Source: Alphaproteobacteria bacterium (GTDB taxonomy: Bacteria; Pseudomonadota; Alphaproteobacteria; Micavibrionales; Micavibrionaceae). From it: 64,000 nucleotides of DNA. The translations under genes were made by a program, and so were the position numbers. The notes beneath the pieces were generated by a model, which searched no databases, was not told the origin of the DNA, and saw only the letters and a program-made list of their open reading frames with translations. Each line of letters opens with the position of its first letter. Positions within the stretch are counted from its first letter, which is position 1. The stretch lies in assembly GCA_050633165.1 (NCBI GenBank), contig JBOEFZ010000014.1, positions 3,655-67,654 on the forward strand. The letters are read 5' to 3'. Positions 1 through 9,598 of the stretch are shown here, piece by piece.

Positions 1-1
1 C

Positions 2-490
2 CTTGGCTCGTCGGGTTTTGGCTCTCGCCTTACCGAAGAGATACGTGAGAAACGCGGCCTAACTTATGGAATTTATTCCGGAATTTTTGGTATGGCGCAT
101 TTTGACGGGTTGTCGGTTTCGACCTCGACGAAGAATGAGAGTGTGGCGGAGATGTTGGGGCTTATTAAGGCTGAGTTCGAGGCGATGCGTGAGGATGGGA
201 TTACGACAGAAGAGTTGGCGGATGCGAAGGCGTATTTGCTGGGGTCTTTGCCGCTGTCCCTTACCTCGACCGATAAGATTGCGGGGTTGATGCTCTCGTT
301 GCTGGTGGATGATTTGCCGATTGATTATCTGGATAATCGGGCCGAGGCGATCCGTAGCATGAGCGTTGAGGATGTGAATGCGGTGGCGGAGAAGTTGCTT
401 ACGCCCGAGAAGTTTTTGACCGTGTTGGTCGGACAGCCGGATGGGGTTGAGCCTTCGCAGATTAGAAGCGAGATTCCGAATGTTGAATAA
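2..490 (+). CDS. M16 (pitrilysin/insulinase-like) zinc peptidase, C-terminal fragment; the 5' end lies outside the window
   Basis: The frame is open from base 2. The translation (...SRLTEEIREKRGLTYGIYS...AKAYLLGSLPLSLTSTDKIA...) resembles the C-terminal domain of M16 peptidases. Confidence 0.7.
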   Translation, partial: LGSSGFGSRLTEEIREKRGLTYGIYSGIFGMAHFDGLSVSTSTKNESVAEMLGLIKAEFEAMREDGITTEELADAKAYLLGSLPLSLTSTDKIAGLMLSLLVDDLPIDYLDNRAEAIRSMSVEDVNAVAEKLLTPEKFLTVLVGQPDGVEPSQIRSEIPNVE

Positions 491-2030
491 GGATTGCGTA
501 GCGGCGCTGCGAGCGCATTTGGAGGCGATTCGGGATGATCGCATTGGTGATTACCTTAAAAACGATACGGATCGATTTGAAAATTTATCGCAGTCGGTAA
601 ATGGCGTTTTATTTGATTATTCCAAGCATCATGTGACGGCGGAGACGATCACGTTATTGATGGATTTGGCGGGGAAGTGTGATTTAGAGAATAAGCGCGA
701 TACGATGTTTTCCGGTGCGCCGGTGAATGCGTCGCAAGGGCGGGCGGCGCTGCATCCGGCGTTGCGTGGGTCGGTTGATGCGGATTTGGAGATTGATGGC
801 GAGAATGTAAGCGAATTTGTCGATGCGACAAAAGCGCAGATGCGGACAATTTCGGAGGAAATCCGCAACAACCCGAAGATTACCGACATCATCAATATCG
901 GGATTGGTGGCTCTGACCTTGGGCCGCGCATTGGGTGTGAGGCGTTGGCGCATTATCGTGACGGGCCGCATGTGCATTTTGTGGCGAATATTGACGGGCA
1001 GCGTTTGGCGGATTTGTTTGATCGGCTCAACCCCGCGCAATGTGTGTTTGTGATTTCGTCCAAAACCTTTACGACGCAAGAAACATTGATGAATGCCTAT
1101 GCCGCGCGGGATTGGTTTTTGGCGCATTGTGATGAGGATCAGGTAGCGGCGCATTTTTATGCGGTGAGTGCGAATACGGCGGGCGCGGAGGATTTCGGCA
1201 TTGCGGCGCATAATGTTGTGCCGATGCGCGATTGGGTCGGTGGACGGTTTAGCGTTTGGGGCGGGATTGGCTTGCCCCTCGCGGCGTCGATCGGGTTTGA
1301 CCGGTTCGAAGAGTTTCTAGGCGGGGCGCGGATGATGGATACGCATTTTCGCGATGCGCCGCTCGTGGAGAATATCCCTGTGATTATGGCGATGCTCGGG
1401 GTTTGGTATCATAATTTTTGGGATTATCCGGCGCATTGCGTTGTGCCATATGCGCAGACGATGACGAGCTTTTCACGCTATGTCATGCAGATTGATATGG
1501 AATCGAACGGTAAGGCGGCGGCGCTTGGTGGCGGATTTGTGGATTATAAGACCGCGCCGATCACCTTTGGTGAGCCAGGGACAAATGCGCAGCATGCGTT
1601 TTTCCAATTGCTGCATCAAGGAACGCAAATTGTGCCGGTTGATTTTATTGCCGCCGTAGAGACGGAGCATAATTACCCCGCGCATCATCAAAAGCTATTG
1701 TCCAATGCTTTGGCGCAATCTCAGGCGATGATGATGGGCGATGCGCAGGAGATAGAGGCGCAGCATTTCGAGGGGAACAGGCCGAGCAGTACAATTTTGC
1801 TCGATCGACTTGACCCGAAACATCTGGGGATGTTGATGGCGATGTATGAGCATAAGGTGTTTGTGCAAGGGGTGATTTGGGGGATTAATTCCTTTGACCA
1901 GATGGGGGTCGAGCTCGGGAAGCGTCTCGCCGATACGATTGAGGATGCTTTTGATAGCGACAGGGTTTTGGAGGGGGCCGATGCCTCGACACGAAATCTT
2001 ATGCGGCATATTTTGCAAAAACGCGTATGA
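480..2030 (+). CDS. pgi: glucose-6-phosphate isomerase
   Basis: PGI family motifs are present: IGIGGSDLGP, SKTFTTQET, EPGTNAQHAFFQLLHQG, NSFDQMGVELGK. I chose the ATG at 480, which overlaps the upstream stop; the track start at 441 lies inside the previous gene. Confidence 0.9.
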   Translation: MLNKDCVAALRAHLEAIRDDRIGDYLKNDTDRFENLSQSVNGVLFDYSKHHVTAETITLLMDLAGKCDLENKRDTMFSGAPVNASQGRAALHPALRGSVDADLEIDGENVSEFVDATKAQMRTISEEIRNNPKITDIINIGIGGSDLGPRIGCEALAHYRDGPHVHFVANIDGQRLADLFDRLNPAQCVFVISSKTFTTQETLMNAYAARDWFLAHCDEDQVAAHFYAVSANTAGAEDFGIAAHNVVPMRDWVGGRFSVWGGIGLPLAASIGFDRFEEFLGGARMMDTHFRDAPLVENIPVIMAMLGVWYHNFWDYPAHCVVPYAQTMTSFSRYVMQIDMESNGKAAALGGGFVDYKTAPITFGEPGTNAQHAFFQLLHQGTQIVPVDFIAAVETEHNYPAHHQKLLSNALAQSQAMMMGDAQEIEAQHFEGNRPSSTILLDRLDPKHLGMLMAMYEHKVFVQGVIWGINSFDQMGVELGKRLADTIEDAFDSDRVLEGADASTRNLMRHILQKRV

Positions 2031-2032
2031 TT

Positions 2033-2095
2033 TTTTAACCACAGATGAACACGGATAAACACAGATTTTAAAGTGCTTACATCTTATCTGTGGTT
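2033..2095. repeat. word-repeat hairpin (aaccacagat/gaacacggat/aaacacagat ... atcttatctgtggtt) directly after the pgi stop
   Basis: It has the same words as 24092-24183. The right arm is truncated. Confidence 0.7.
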
Positions 2096-2128
2096 CGTAT
2101 CATTGAAACGGATATAATAATACGCGCT

Positions 2129-3403
2129 ATGAAAGATAATCTTCCCGACCATGATGCCCTGCCCGTTTTATCGCAGGGCGAGCTTAACGACATTTTGGAA
2201 AAGCATGTGATGTATTTGCGCGGGCAGATTGGCGGCGTGCGGGCGGTGGTGCAGTATCAGGATTTGTCGGGTTTACGTTTTGGGCGGGCGGATATTAATG
2301 GGGCGGATTTTACGGCCTCGAAATTGGCGGGGGCGGATTTGTCGGGCTGTTACGCGCATACGGCGATTTTCTTTGCCTGTGATTTGCGGGATGTGGATTT
2401 TCGGGATGCGGTTTTAACGCGTTGTGATTTACGCGGGGCGTATGTTGCGGGGGCGGATTTGACCGGCGCGGACTTGGCCGAGGCAGACATGCGGATGGGT
2501 AAGATCATGCAGCGCGGGGCGAATGGTTTGTTGGAGGATCGGGCGCGTGCGGGCGGGGATGGCGCGCAGACGGTGTTTAAGGGCGCGAAGCTTAGCGCTG
2601 CTAATCTGCGGGATAGTCGCGTTTATGGAGCGGATTTTTCCGATTCCGATATGAGCCATGCGGATATGAAATTTGCAGATATGGAGGATGCGAATTTTCG
2701 CGGGGCGAATATGTCGGACACCGATTTAACGGGCGCGAATTTAACACAGGCCAATATGACGCAAGCCGTGTTGAGCGGGACAGTTTTTGCGCAAAATGAG
2801 AGCATGGGATTGCGGGATGATGGCGCGATTACCAATGCGAATTCAGGGCATTTATTGGAGAGGCTGGGGGCTTCGCTAGAGTCATTGTTGAGTGAGCATA
2901 TGCGTTGGGTGGAGAGTGAGGGCGCAGATGGGAGACAGCTTGATTTGAGCGGGTATGATTTGCGCGAGGTTGCAGATTTACAGCGCTATTCCATGACCGC
3001 GATTTGTGCGAAGGGGGCGAATTTTTTAGGGCAGAATATGCGCGGCATTGCGATGCAATCGGCGGTTTTGGACGGGGCGGATTTACGCGATTGTGATTTG
3101 CGGCAAGCGGATTTGCGCGGCTCGCGCTTTCAAAGGGCGCTCTTGACGCGGGTGAATTTGCGGGGGGCGCGGCTTTGTGCGCTTGAATTTGCGAATGAGG
3201 ACGGGACGAAGCGCCTGCAGCCGGTGAATATGAGTGGGGCGAATTTACGCTTTGCCGATTTAGCGGGGGCGGATTTACGGGGCTGTATTTTGATGGGGGT
3301 TGATTTTGCATCTGCAGATTTGCGCGGGGCGGATTTGACAGGGGCGGATTTGAAGAACGCCAAGATAGATGATGCGCGTATGGATGGCGCGGTTGGGGTT
3401 TAG
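2129..3403 (+). CDS. pentapeptide-repeat protein (~425 aa)
   Basis: Long runs of A(D/N)LxG-type pentapeptides (ADLSGA, ANLRGA, ADLTGADL...). I chose the ATG at 2129 because the track start at 2090 is a GTG inside a repeat hairpin. Confidence 0.85.
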   Translation: MKDNLPDHDALPVLSQGELNDILEKHVMYLRGQIGGVRAVVQYQDLSGLRFGRADINGADFTASKLAGADLSGCYAHTAIFFACDLRDVDFRDAVLTRCDLRGAYVAGADLTGADLAEADMRMGKIMQRGANGLLEDRARAGGDGAQTVFKGAKLSAANLRDSRVYGADFSDSDMSHADMKFADMEDANFRGANMSDTDLTGANLTQANMTQAVLSGTVFAQNESMGLRDDGAITNANSGHLLERLGASLESLLSEHMRWVESEGADGRQLDLSGYDLREVADLQRYSMTAICAKGANFLGQNMRGIAMQSAVLDGADLRDCDLRQADLRGSRFQRALLTRVNLRGARLCALEFANEDGTKRLQPVNMSGANLRFADLAGADLRGCILMGVDFASADLRGADLTGADLKNAKIDDARMDGAVGV

Positions 3404-3449
3404 TTTTTAAACAACTATAAACCGCAGAGGCGCGGATTTTTTTTATATA

Positions 3450-3543
3450 CGTCATTGCGAGTAGCGTTAGCGACGCGGCAATCCATCTCCTGTACCAACG
3501 GAAGGGGCGGGTGATGGATTGCTTCGCTACGCTCGCAATGACG
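3450..3543. repeat. cgtcattgcgag-type MITE-like palindrome
   Basis: The termini are cgtcattgcgag...ctcgcaatgacg, with internal gcgacgcggcaatcca / tggattgc. It is preceded by a degenerate word element at 3404-3444. Confidence 0.7.
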
Positions 3544-3626
3544 GGGGATAGAAATTATCCACCGTCGGTAGAATTGTTTTTGGGGTAAAGCATGACTCTT
3601 TGGCGGTGCGTCGTTAAATTGGGGGC

Positions 3627-5441
3627 ATGCGTATTAGATATCTGCCAGAGACATTGATCAACCAGATTGCTGCGGGGGAAGTGCTTGAGCGGCCGTTTGC
3701 GGCGGTGAAGGAATTGGTGGAAAACTCAATTGATGCGGGGGCGAGCAAGATTGATGTGAGCCTTGCCGATGGCGGGAAGAGCCGAATTGTAATTTCCGAT
3801 AATGGACGCGGGATGAGCGCGGAGGATTTGGCGGCGGCGGTGGATCGGCACGCGACATCGAAATTGCCGGATGATGATTTGGTGAATATCACGCATATGG
3901 GCTTTCGGGGGGAGGCGTTGGCCTCGATTGCCGCCGTGTCACGGTTGTCCATTCATACGCGGGAAGAAGGGGGTGAGGCTTGGTCGATCTCCGTTGAGGG
4001 CGGGAAGAAGGGGGATATTGCGCCTTCTGCTCATCCGGCGGGGACGCAGATTGAGGTGCGGGATTTGTTTTATGCGACTCCGGCGCGATTGAAATTTTTG
4101 AAATCGGAACGTGCGGAATTGATGGCGGTGAAGGATACGTTGACGCGGTTATCGATGGCGAATCCGGATATTGCGTTTACGCTTACGCATAATGGGAAGA
4201 CAGGTTTGAACCACGCGGCGGTGGGTGAGCATTCGGCGCGGCTCGCCAAGATATTGGGGCGAGAATTTGGGGATAATGCGGTACGGATTGAGGCGGAGCG
4301 CGAAGGGCTTAAGCTCTCGGGCTTTGCGGGATTGCCGACGCTGCATCGGGGGACGAGCCAGTATCAGTATCTGTTTGTGAATGGGCGTCCGGTGAAGGAT
4401 AAGTTGCTGCATGGCTGTGTGCGGGCGGCGTATGCGGATGTGTTGCATGGCGGGCGGCACCCGATGCTTGCGTTGTTTTTGGAGGTTCCGGCGGATGAGG
4501 TGGATGTGAATGTGCATCCGGCAAAGGCGGAGGTGCGTTTTCGTGATCCGGGGCTTGTGCGCGGGATGATAATTTCGGCGTTGAAGATGGCGCTGCATGA
4601 GCATGGGACGCGGACATCGAGCAGTGTGTCGAGTGCGGCGCTTGGTAAGTTTCAACAGGGGAACTTGGGTAATGATCGCTATACCCCTTCCCTGCCGATG
4701 CATCGGGGGCATAATGCGGCCGTGCCACGGAGTTATATTAATCATGGGCTAGCCGAGAATGTGCAAAATGCTTATGCACCACAGGGCTCGTTTATGATGG
4801 CGGAAGCGCCGGCGGCGCGGGCGGAGATTGTGCATGAGCCGCAGGTAGAAGCGCAGAGCTTTCCCCTTGGCGCGGCGCGGGCGCAGATTCATGAGAATTA
4901 TATTATCGCGCAGAGCGATGAAGGCCTCGTGATTGTAGATCAGCATGCGGCGCATGAGCGCCTTGTGTATGAGCGGTTCAAGGCGCAGGTTGAGGAGCGG
5001 GGGGTGGAGAAGCAAGGCTTGCTCACGCCCGAGATTGTGAATTTGGAAGAGAGCGAGGCGGAGCGGTTGCTTGGGTTTGCGGGGGAGCTGGCGAAATTGG
5101 GTTTGGAGATTGAGGCCTTTGGCGCGGGGGCAATTGCGGTGCAGGCGATTCCGGCTTTGCTCGGCGCAAAACCGGATGTCGAGAATTTGATTCGCGATTT
5201 GGCGGATGAAATTACCGAGCGGAGCAGCGCGGATGGTCTAAAAGAGCGCTTGAATGATATTTTATCCACGATGGCGTGTCATGGATCGGTACGCTCCGGG
5301 CGGCGGATGAATGCGGATGAGATGAATGCGTTATTGCGGGATATGGAGGCGACGCCCCTATCGGGGCAGTGTAATCATGGACGACCGACCTCGATTACGT
5401 TATCGTTGGAGGATATTGAGAAGCTATTCGGGCGGCGCTAG
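3627..5441 (+). CDS. mutL: DNA mismatch repair protein MutL
   Basis: N-terminal GHKL ATPase motifs are present (IAAGEV.ERP, VKELVENSIDAG, DNGRGM). The C-terminal dimerisation domain shows the ACHGSVR motif. Confidence 0.95.
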   Translation: MRIRYLPETLINQIAAGEVLERPFAAVKELVENSIDAGASKIDVSLADGGKSRIVISDNGRGMSAEDLAAAVDRHATSKLPDDDLVNITHMGFRGEALASIAAVSRLSIHTREEGGEAWSISVEGGKKGDIAPSAHPAGTQIEVRDLFYATPARLKFLKSERAELMAVKDTLTRLSMANPDIAFTLTHNGKTGLNHAAVGEHSARLAKILGREFGDNAVRIEAEREGLKLSGFAGLPTLHRGTSQYQYLFVNGRPVKDKLLHGCVRAAYADVLHGGRHPMLALFLEVPADEVDVNVHPAKAEVRFRDPGLVRGMIISALKMALHEHGTRTSSSVSSAALGKFQQGNLGNDRYTPSLPMHRGHNAAVPRSYINHGLAENVQNAYAPQGSFMMAEAPAARAEIVHEPQVEAQSFPLGAARAQIHENYIIAQSDEGLVIVDQHAAHERLVYERFKAQVEERGVEKQGLLTPEIVNLEESEAERLLGFAGELAKLGLEIEAFGAGAIAVQAIPALLGAKPDVENLIRDLADEITERSSADGLKERLNDILSTMACHGSVRSGRRMNADEMNALLRDMEATPLSGQCNHGRPTSITLSLEDIEKLFGRR

Positions 5442-5587
5442 AACCCTTCCGCAAAAAGTCATCTTTTGGTAATCTGCTTCGTCACTGCGATACTCGGATG
5501 CGCACGTACACCCACGTACGCTTACGCTCCTGCGTTTCTTGTTCCTCGCATCTTATCCAAAATCTAACCTTTTGCGGAAGGGTTCTA
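5439..5587. repeat. 149 bp element with 18 bp perfect terminal inverted repeats (tagaacccttccgcaaaa)
   Basis: The left terminus starts at the mutL TAG stop codon. The interior is an extended imperfect palindrome. Confidence 0.7.
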
Positions 5588-5659
5588 TAATACACATTCG
5601 ACAATTTTCGACGGCTGTATTATCCTTAATCGAAACGACTATGTTTAAAGGATTGAGTT

Positions 5660-6193
5660 ATGGCAGATAAAGAGCAAAAGACGATTTATAATATTTACGG
5701 GTTATTCGGGGTGACGCTTGCGTTGTCGATTGTACCGACGATTTCGGCGGCGAGCATTTGTTTGGTATTTTTTCTTGTGACGTTGATTGCGGCGTATGTT
5801 CTGCGCGGGAGGGCGGAGGAGAATAGCCTGATCGAAAATCATATGACTTACGTAATCCGGACGGTTTGGATTGTGTCGTTACTGTCGGTTGTCACGGTTG
5901 GGTTGGCGACGCTTTATATGTTGCCGCGTATTGATTATACGGCGTTTCAATCTTGCGCGGATGCGATTGCGGGGCAAGGGGTTGCCGCGCTTGAGGCGAT
6001 GGGCATGGCGGAGCTGCAGGCTTTGACGCAGCCTTGTGTGAGTGATTTTGTGAATATGAACCATAATACGCTGCTCATGGCGGCGTTGATTGGGGGGGTG
6101 CCGTTGATTTTGTATATGGGATATCGTTTTGCGAAAGGTGTTAGCCGCGCGGCGAAGGGGTATCGGCTGGCGAATCCGAAGAGTTGGGTTTGA
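5660..6193 (+). CDS. hypothetical integral membrane protein (about 4 predicted TM helices)
   Basis: ORF with several long hydrophobic segments. I recognise no family. Confidence 0.55.
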   Translation: MADKEQKTIYNIYGLFGVTLALSIVPTISAASICLVFFLVTLIAAYVLRGRAEENSLIENHMTYVIRTVWIVSLLSVVTVGLATLYMLPRIDYTAFQSCADAIAGQGVAALEAMGMAELQALTQPCVSDFVNMNHNTLLMAALIGGVPLILYMGYRFAKGVSRAAKGYRLANPKSWV

Positions 6194-6311
6194 TTTTTAA
6201 ACCGCGGAGACGCGGAGGGCGCGGAGTTTTTTTGAGAGACGTCATTGCACGCTTTATGCGTGTAATCTATCTCGCGGTGAGTAGATTACACGGATAAACC
6301 GTGTAATGACG
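6194..6311. repeat. word-repeat half element (6194-6233) followed by a MITE-like palindrome (6240-6311)
   Basis: The half element reads tttttaaaccgcggag/acgcggag/ggcgcggag+T7. The palindrome reads cgtcattgcacg...cgtgtaatgacg, with an internal pair gtgtaatcta/tagattacac. Confidence 0.65.
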
Positions 6312-6321
6312 ACAGCTCTGC

Positions 6322-7026
6322 TTACAATAGATCGAGATAGCGGAGGGCGGCTTTTAGCTCTGCTTTGATGATATTGTCTTTTTGTTCTTGGGCGGGATCG
6401 GGGCCGTAGAAGTCTTCGTTGTAGATTTCGGCTTTGAAATTTTCTTCGATGCGCATGGCGGTGAAGATTTCGGGGGCGGTGCGTCCCTCCTCCATCGCGT
6501 TCATGGCTAGGACTAGCGAGCCAGCCAATGAGGATACTAATTGCAGGACGGTGAAATGTGCGTCGTCTAGGGCGGTTACGTAATCGGTGACGGCTTTGTG
6601 GGCTTGCTCGCTTTGGGTGATCGCGGTGAGGCCGGTGGTGGTTTTGAGTGGGGTTTTGAAATATGTTTCGAACCATTTGAGGTAGGGATTTAGGGTGATT
6701 TCTTGCGCCTCTTTCAGTGCGGGTGGTTCGTCGGTGAAGTAGCAAACAAGGTCGGTATCGAGATATTTAAGCAGCGTGTTTTGGATGGTTTCGCGCTCCG
6801 CCCCGATGCGGTCGATTTGGGTGGAGAGGATTTGGGTGAGGGGCATTGTGTCGGGCTTGATCTCCTCCTCTTGCGCCATCCATTCGGATTGCAGGGCGTT
6901 GGCGATGGCATTGTTTCCGGCGATGAGTGTTGCCTTCATCGGGGTTTTTACGGGACGGCCGTCGAGGTGGATCTCAAAGCCGCCGTCGGTTTTGTGGGTT
7001 GAGACTAGTGTGTAGAAGCGTTTCAT
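6322..7026 (-). CDS. ATP12-family F1-ATPase assembly chaperone
   Basis: The N-terminus (KRFY..V......GGFEI.LDGRPVKTP) and overall length are typical of alphaproteobacterial ATP12. It overlaps the upstream gene by 4 nt. Confidence 0.75.
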   Translation of the reverse strand: MKRFYTLVSTHKTDGGFEIHLDGRPVKTPMKATLIAGNNAIANALQSEWMAQEEEIKPDTMPLTQILSTQIDRIGAERETIQNTLLKYLDTDLVCYFTDEPPALKEAQEITLNPYLKWFETYFKTPLKTTTGLTAITQSEQAHKAVTDYVTALDDAHFTVLQLVSSLAGSLVLAMNAMEEGRTAPEIFTAMRIEENFKAEIYNEDFYGPDPAQEQKDNIIKAELKAALRYLDLL

Positions 7027-8024
7027 CGTGCGGGAACTCCTACTGCTTGTTTCAGGACGCTTAACTTGCCGTCTTCGCGTTTAAGGATGAGGGCGGCCGC
7101 GCGTTCGGTTTTTCCGTCATTGATGAAAGTTTGGGCGTTGAGTTTTGCGTCGATATCCATGGTTGTGTTTTTGAGGGCGAAGATTTCGCTCCATGCCGTT
7201 AGCATATTCATGAGGCGTGATCCGCCCTCGAAATCTGCCATGTCGAAACGGTAGGCGTTGAGGCGGCCGCTTAATTTTTGCCTGCTAACTTCGATGTCCA
7301 TTTCGGTTTCGGTTTTATGTTCTATCGTTTTTACATCGCCGCGAATGCTCATATTGCCATTGCGGTTACGGAGGATGGAGAATGCGCCGCTTAGGATTTC
7401 TTGCCCGTTATGGGCGGCGGTGAAATCACGGATGTGGAAGCCGCCGATTTTGCGGGGGCGGAAAATGCCTTTGGCGGTGATCGTGCCGACATTCATGATG
7501 AAATCACCGTCTTGGGGGAGGGTGAAGTTTTTGCCTTTGCTCTGCAGCGCAATTTCGGCGTTTATTTTATGGGGGCCGATTTTTCCTTGGGCCGCGAGGA
7601 AGGCTTCGCCCGTTGGCGTTTCATCGATGCCGATGCGCTCAATCTCGACGCTTTGGGCATTGAGGGTGCCGGGGAGGAAGCTTGCGCCTTCGATTTGCAG
7701 GTTTTGGAGTTTGCTGCGGCTGGTGATGACGTCCCAGAAGCTGATTTTCAATAGGGCGCTTTCGATGCGGCCTTCGGCGATGAGGTCATCGTCTTTGTGG
7801 AGTTCGATGTTGCCGGCGTCGATTGTGACGGCGGGGAAGAAGGTCATTTTATGCAGTGTTCCGATCTCTGCGCGCATGCCGGTGGCGGCGGTGATGTAAT
7901 CTGAGACGGCGGCTTTTAGGTTATCCGAGCTGCCGCCCATATTGGCCAGCACGGTTAGCATCACCGCGAAAAAGGCGATGAGTATGGCGGTGATTTTGAT
8001 GATGCGGGATAGCCACTTGCGCAT
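7023..8024 (-). CDS. membrane-anchored AsmA-like protein (short form)
   Basis: One N-terminal TM helix is followed by an AsmA-N-like stretch (...NLKAAVSDYITAATGMRAEIG.L....FPAVTI...). The ATG at 8024 is preceded by AGGAAG at a 7 nt spacing. Confidence 0.5.
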   Translation of the reverse strand: MRKWLSRIIKITAILIAFFAVMLTVLANMGGSSDNLKAAVSDYITAATGMRAEIGTLHKMTFFPAVTIDAGNIELHKDDDLIAEGRIESALLKISFWDVITSRSKLQNLQIEGASFLPGTLNAQSVEIERIGIDETPTGEAFLAAQGKIGPHKINAEIALQSKGKNFTLPQDGDFIMNVGTITAKGIFRPRKIGGFHIRDFTAAHNGQEILSGAFSILRNRNGNMSIRGDVKTIEHKTETEMDIEVSRQKLSGRLNAYRFDMADFEGGSRLMNMLTAWSEIFALKNTTMDIDAKLNAQTFINDGKTERAAALILKREDGKLSVLKQAVGVPAR

Positions 8025-8172
8025 TGTGAATCTTCCTATTTTAAAAGCCACTTTTTTACGAAAATGCTTTGCATTTTCTAGTTTTACGCGCTTCTCGCGC
8101 GCCTCGCACTTGCTCGGTACAATTTTGAAACGCGGGTTTCAAAATCACTATTTTTTCTTATACCCCTTATCC

Positions 8173-9171
8173 CTAATTCGCAAAAGGATCGGTTTTTAGG
8201 TTAGGGCTAAATCCTAGGGCTTTCCAGCTTTTCTTTAGCTCGGGCGGTAGGGGCGCGGTGATATCCAGCGTGCCGTTGCGGAAAGGGTGCGCCATGATGA
8301 TGCGGCGGGCGTGGAGGTGGAGGCGGTTGGCCATGTCCACGCCTTTTAAATCCGCTTCGGCTTTGCGTCTTGCTTCGTGCCATTCTTCTTGTTCGGGCAG
8401 GCGGGCGTATTTTTTATCGCCGACGATGGGGCAGCCGATGGCTTCGGCATGGACGCGGATTTGGTGGGTGCGTCCGGTGCGCGGCCAAAAGGCGACGAAG
8501 GCGGCGGAGGTTAAAGCTTTTTCAAGGACGATGAAATCGGTGATGGCGGTTTTGCCCTCTTCTTCATCGATGACCATGCGTTCCTTATTGCTACCGCCGG
8601 ATTTGATGAGGGGGGCTTTGATTGTGCCTTCTTCTTGGTGCGGGGTCGGGGAGGTGATGGCCCAGTAGATTTTCTTGATCTCGCGGGATTTGAAGGCATC
8701 GCCCATTTTGGTGGCCGCATTTGATGAACGCGCGAGGAGGAGGATGCCGCTCGTGTCCTTATCAAGGCGGTGGACGAGGCGCGGGCGGATGCCGTTTTTA
8801 TCCTTTAACCCGTCTAACATGCCGTCGATATGTATCTTTGTTTTTGTACCGCCTTGGGAAGCGACGCCGTGGGGTTTGTTGATGGCGATGATGTCGGCGT
8901 CCTCATAAATCACGAGGGATTTGATGTAGGCGATGTCTTTGTCGGAGAGCTTTCCCGGTCTGCTGAGGGGTTTATTGTCATAGGGCGGGACGCGCACATT
9001 TTGTCCGGCGGCAAGCTTTGTGTCGGCTTTGGCACGTTTGCTATCGACGCGGACTTCGCCTTTGCGGATGACCTTTTGGATGAGGCCGTAGGGCATGCCT
9101 TGTTTTTTGAGCCAGCGATCTAGGCGCTGCCCGTCATCATCTTGGGTGACTTCGATATTTTGTACGCTCAT
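8173..9171 (-). CDS. RluA-family (RluC-like) rRNA pseudouridine synthase with N-terminal S4 domain
   Basis: The catalytic motif HRLDKDTSG and a GRTHQIRVH motif are present, with S4-like N-terminal RLD.WL residues. Confidence 0.85.
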   Translation of the reverse strand: MSVQNIEVTQDDDGQRLDRWLKKQGMPYGLIQKVIRKGEVRVDSKRAKADTKLAAGQNVRVPPYDNKPLSRPGKLSDKDIAYIKSLVIYEDADIIAINKPHGVASQGGTKTKIHIDGMLDGLKDKNGIRPRLVHRLDKDTSGILLLARSSNAATKMGDAFKSREIKKIYWAITSPTPHQEEGTIKAPLIKSGGSNKERMVIDEEEGKTAITDFIVLEKALTSAAFVAFWPRTGRTHQIRVHAEAIGCPIVGDKKYARLPEQEEWHEARRKAEADLKGVDMANRLHLHARRIIMAHPFRNGTLDITAPLPPELKKSWKALGFSPNLKTDPFAN

Positions 9172-9551
9172 GCGGTGATCCTCCAGATCAAATAGGTGCC
9201 CAGCGCCAATGCGGCGATGGATAATGTTAGTGAGCCAAGCACATAAATGCCCGCGCCGATAAGATCGCCGCGCGTCCAGAGCGTCATAGCGTCCAGCGAA
9301 AATGTTGAAAATGTTGTGAAGGACCCTAGGACACCGACGGTGAAGAACATTTTCACCTCGTTCGAAATTTGCCCTGTTGTCATGAAAAATGTGACCAGCG
9401 CGCCCATGGCGAATGAGCCGATAACATTAACCGCCAATGTGCCATATGGGAAAGGCTGCGCGATGAGCTTTGTCAGCCCCATATGCATGGCGTATCTTAG
9501 GACTGCGCCTAATGCTCCACCGGTGGCGATTGCAGCTATTGTGTTGATCAT
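9168..9551 (-). CDS. crcB: fluoride ion channel CrcB/FluC
   Basis: 127 aa with 4 TM helices. Family motifs GALGA.LRY and G.LG.FTTFSTF are present. It overlaps the downstream rlu gene by 4 nt. Confidence 0.9.
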   Translation of the reverse strand: MINTIAAIATGGALGAVLRYAMHMGLTKLIAQPFPYGTLAVNVIGSFAMGALVTFFMTTGQISNEVKMFFTVGVLGSFTTFSTFSLDAMTLWTRGDLIGAGIYVLGSLTLSIAALALGTYLIWRITA

Positions 9552-9598
9552 GTTTCTACCCTACAAGTGTTGGATCGTTTGTAATAGAGTTTCTTCGT

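Noticed and set aside
9552-9598. Expected a fluoride (crcB-motif) riboswitch upstream of crcB.
   Set aside because: Only 47 nt separate crcB from the divergent EamA gene. The sequence on the crcB strand shows none of the conserved riboswitch segments I can recall. It is also too short to hold both the aptamer and an expression platform.
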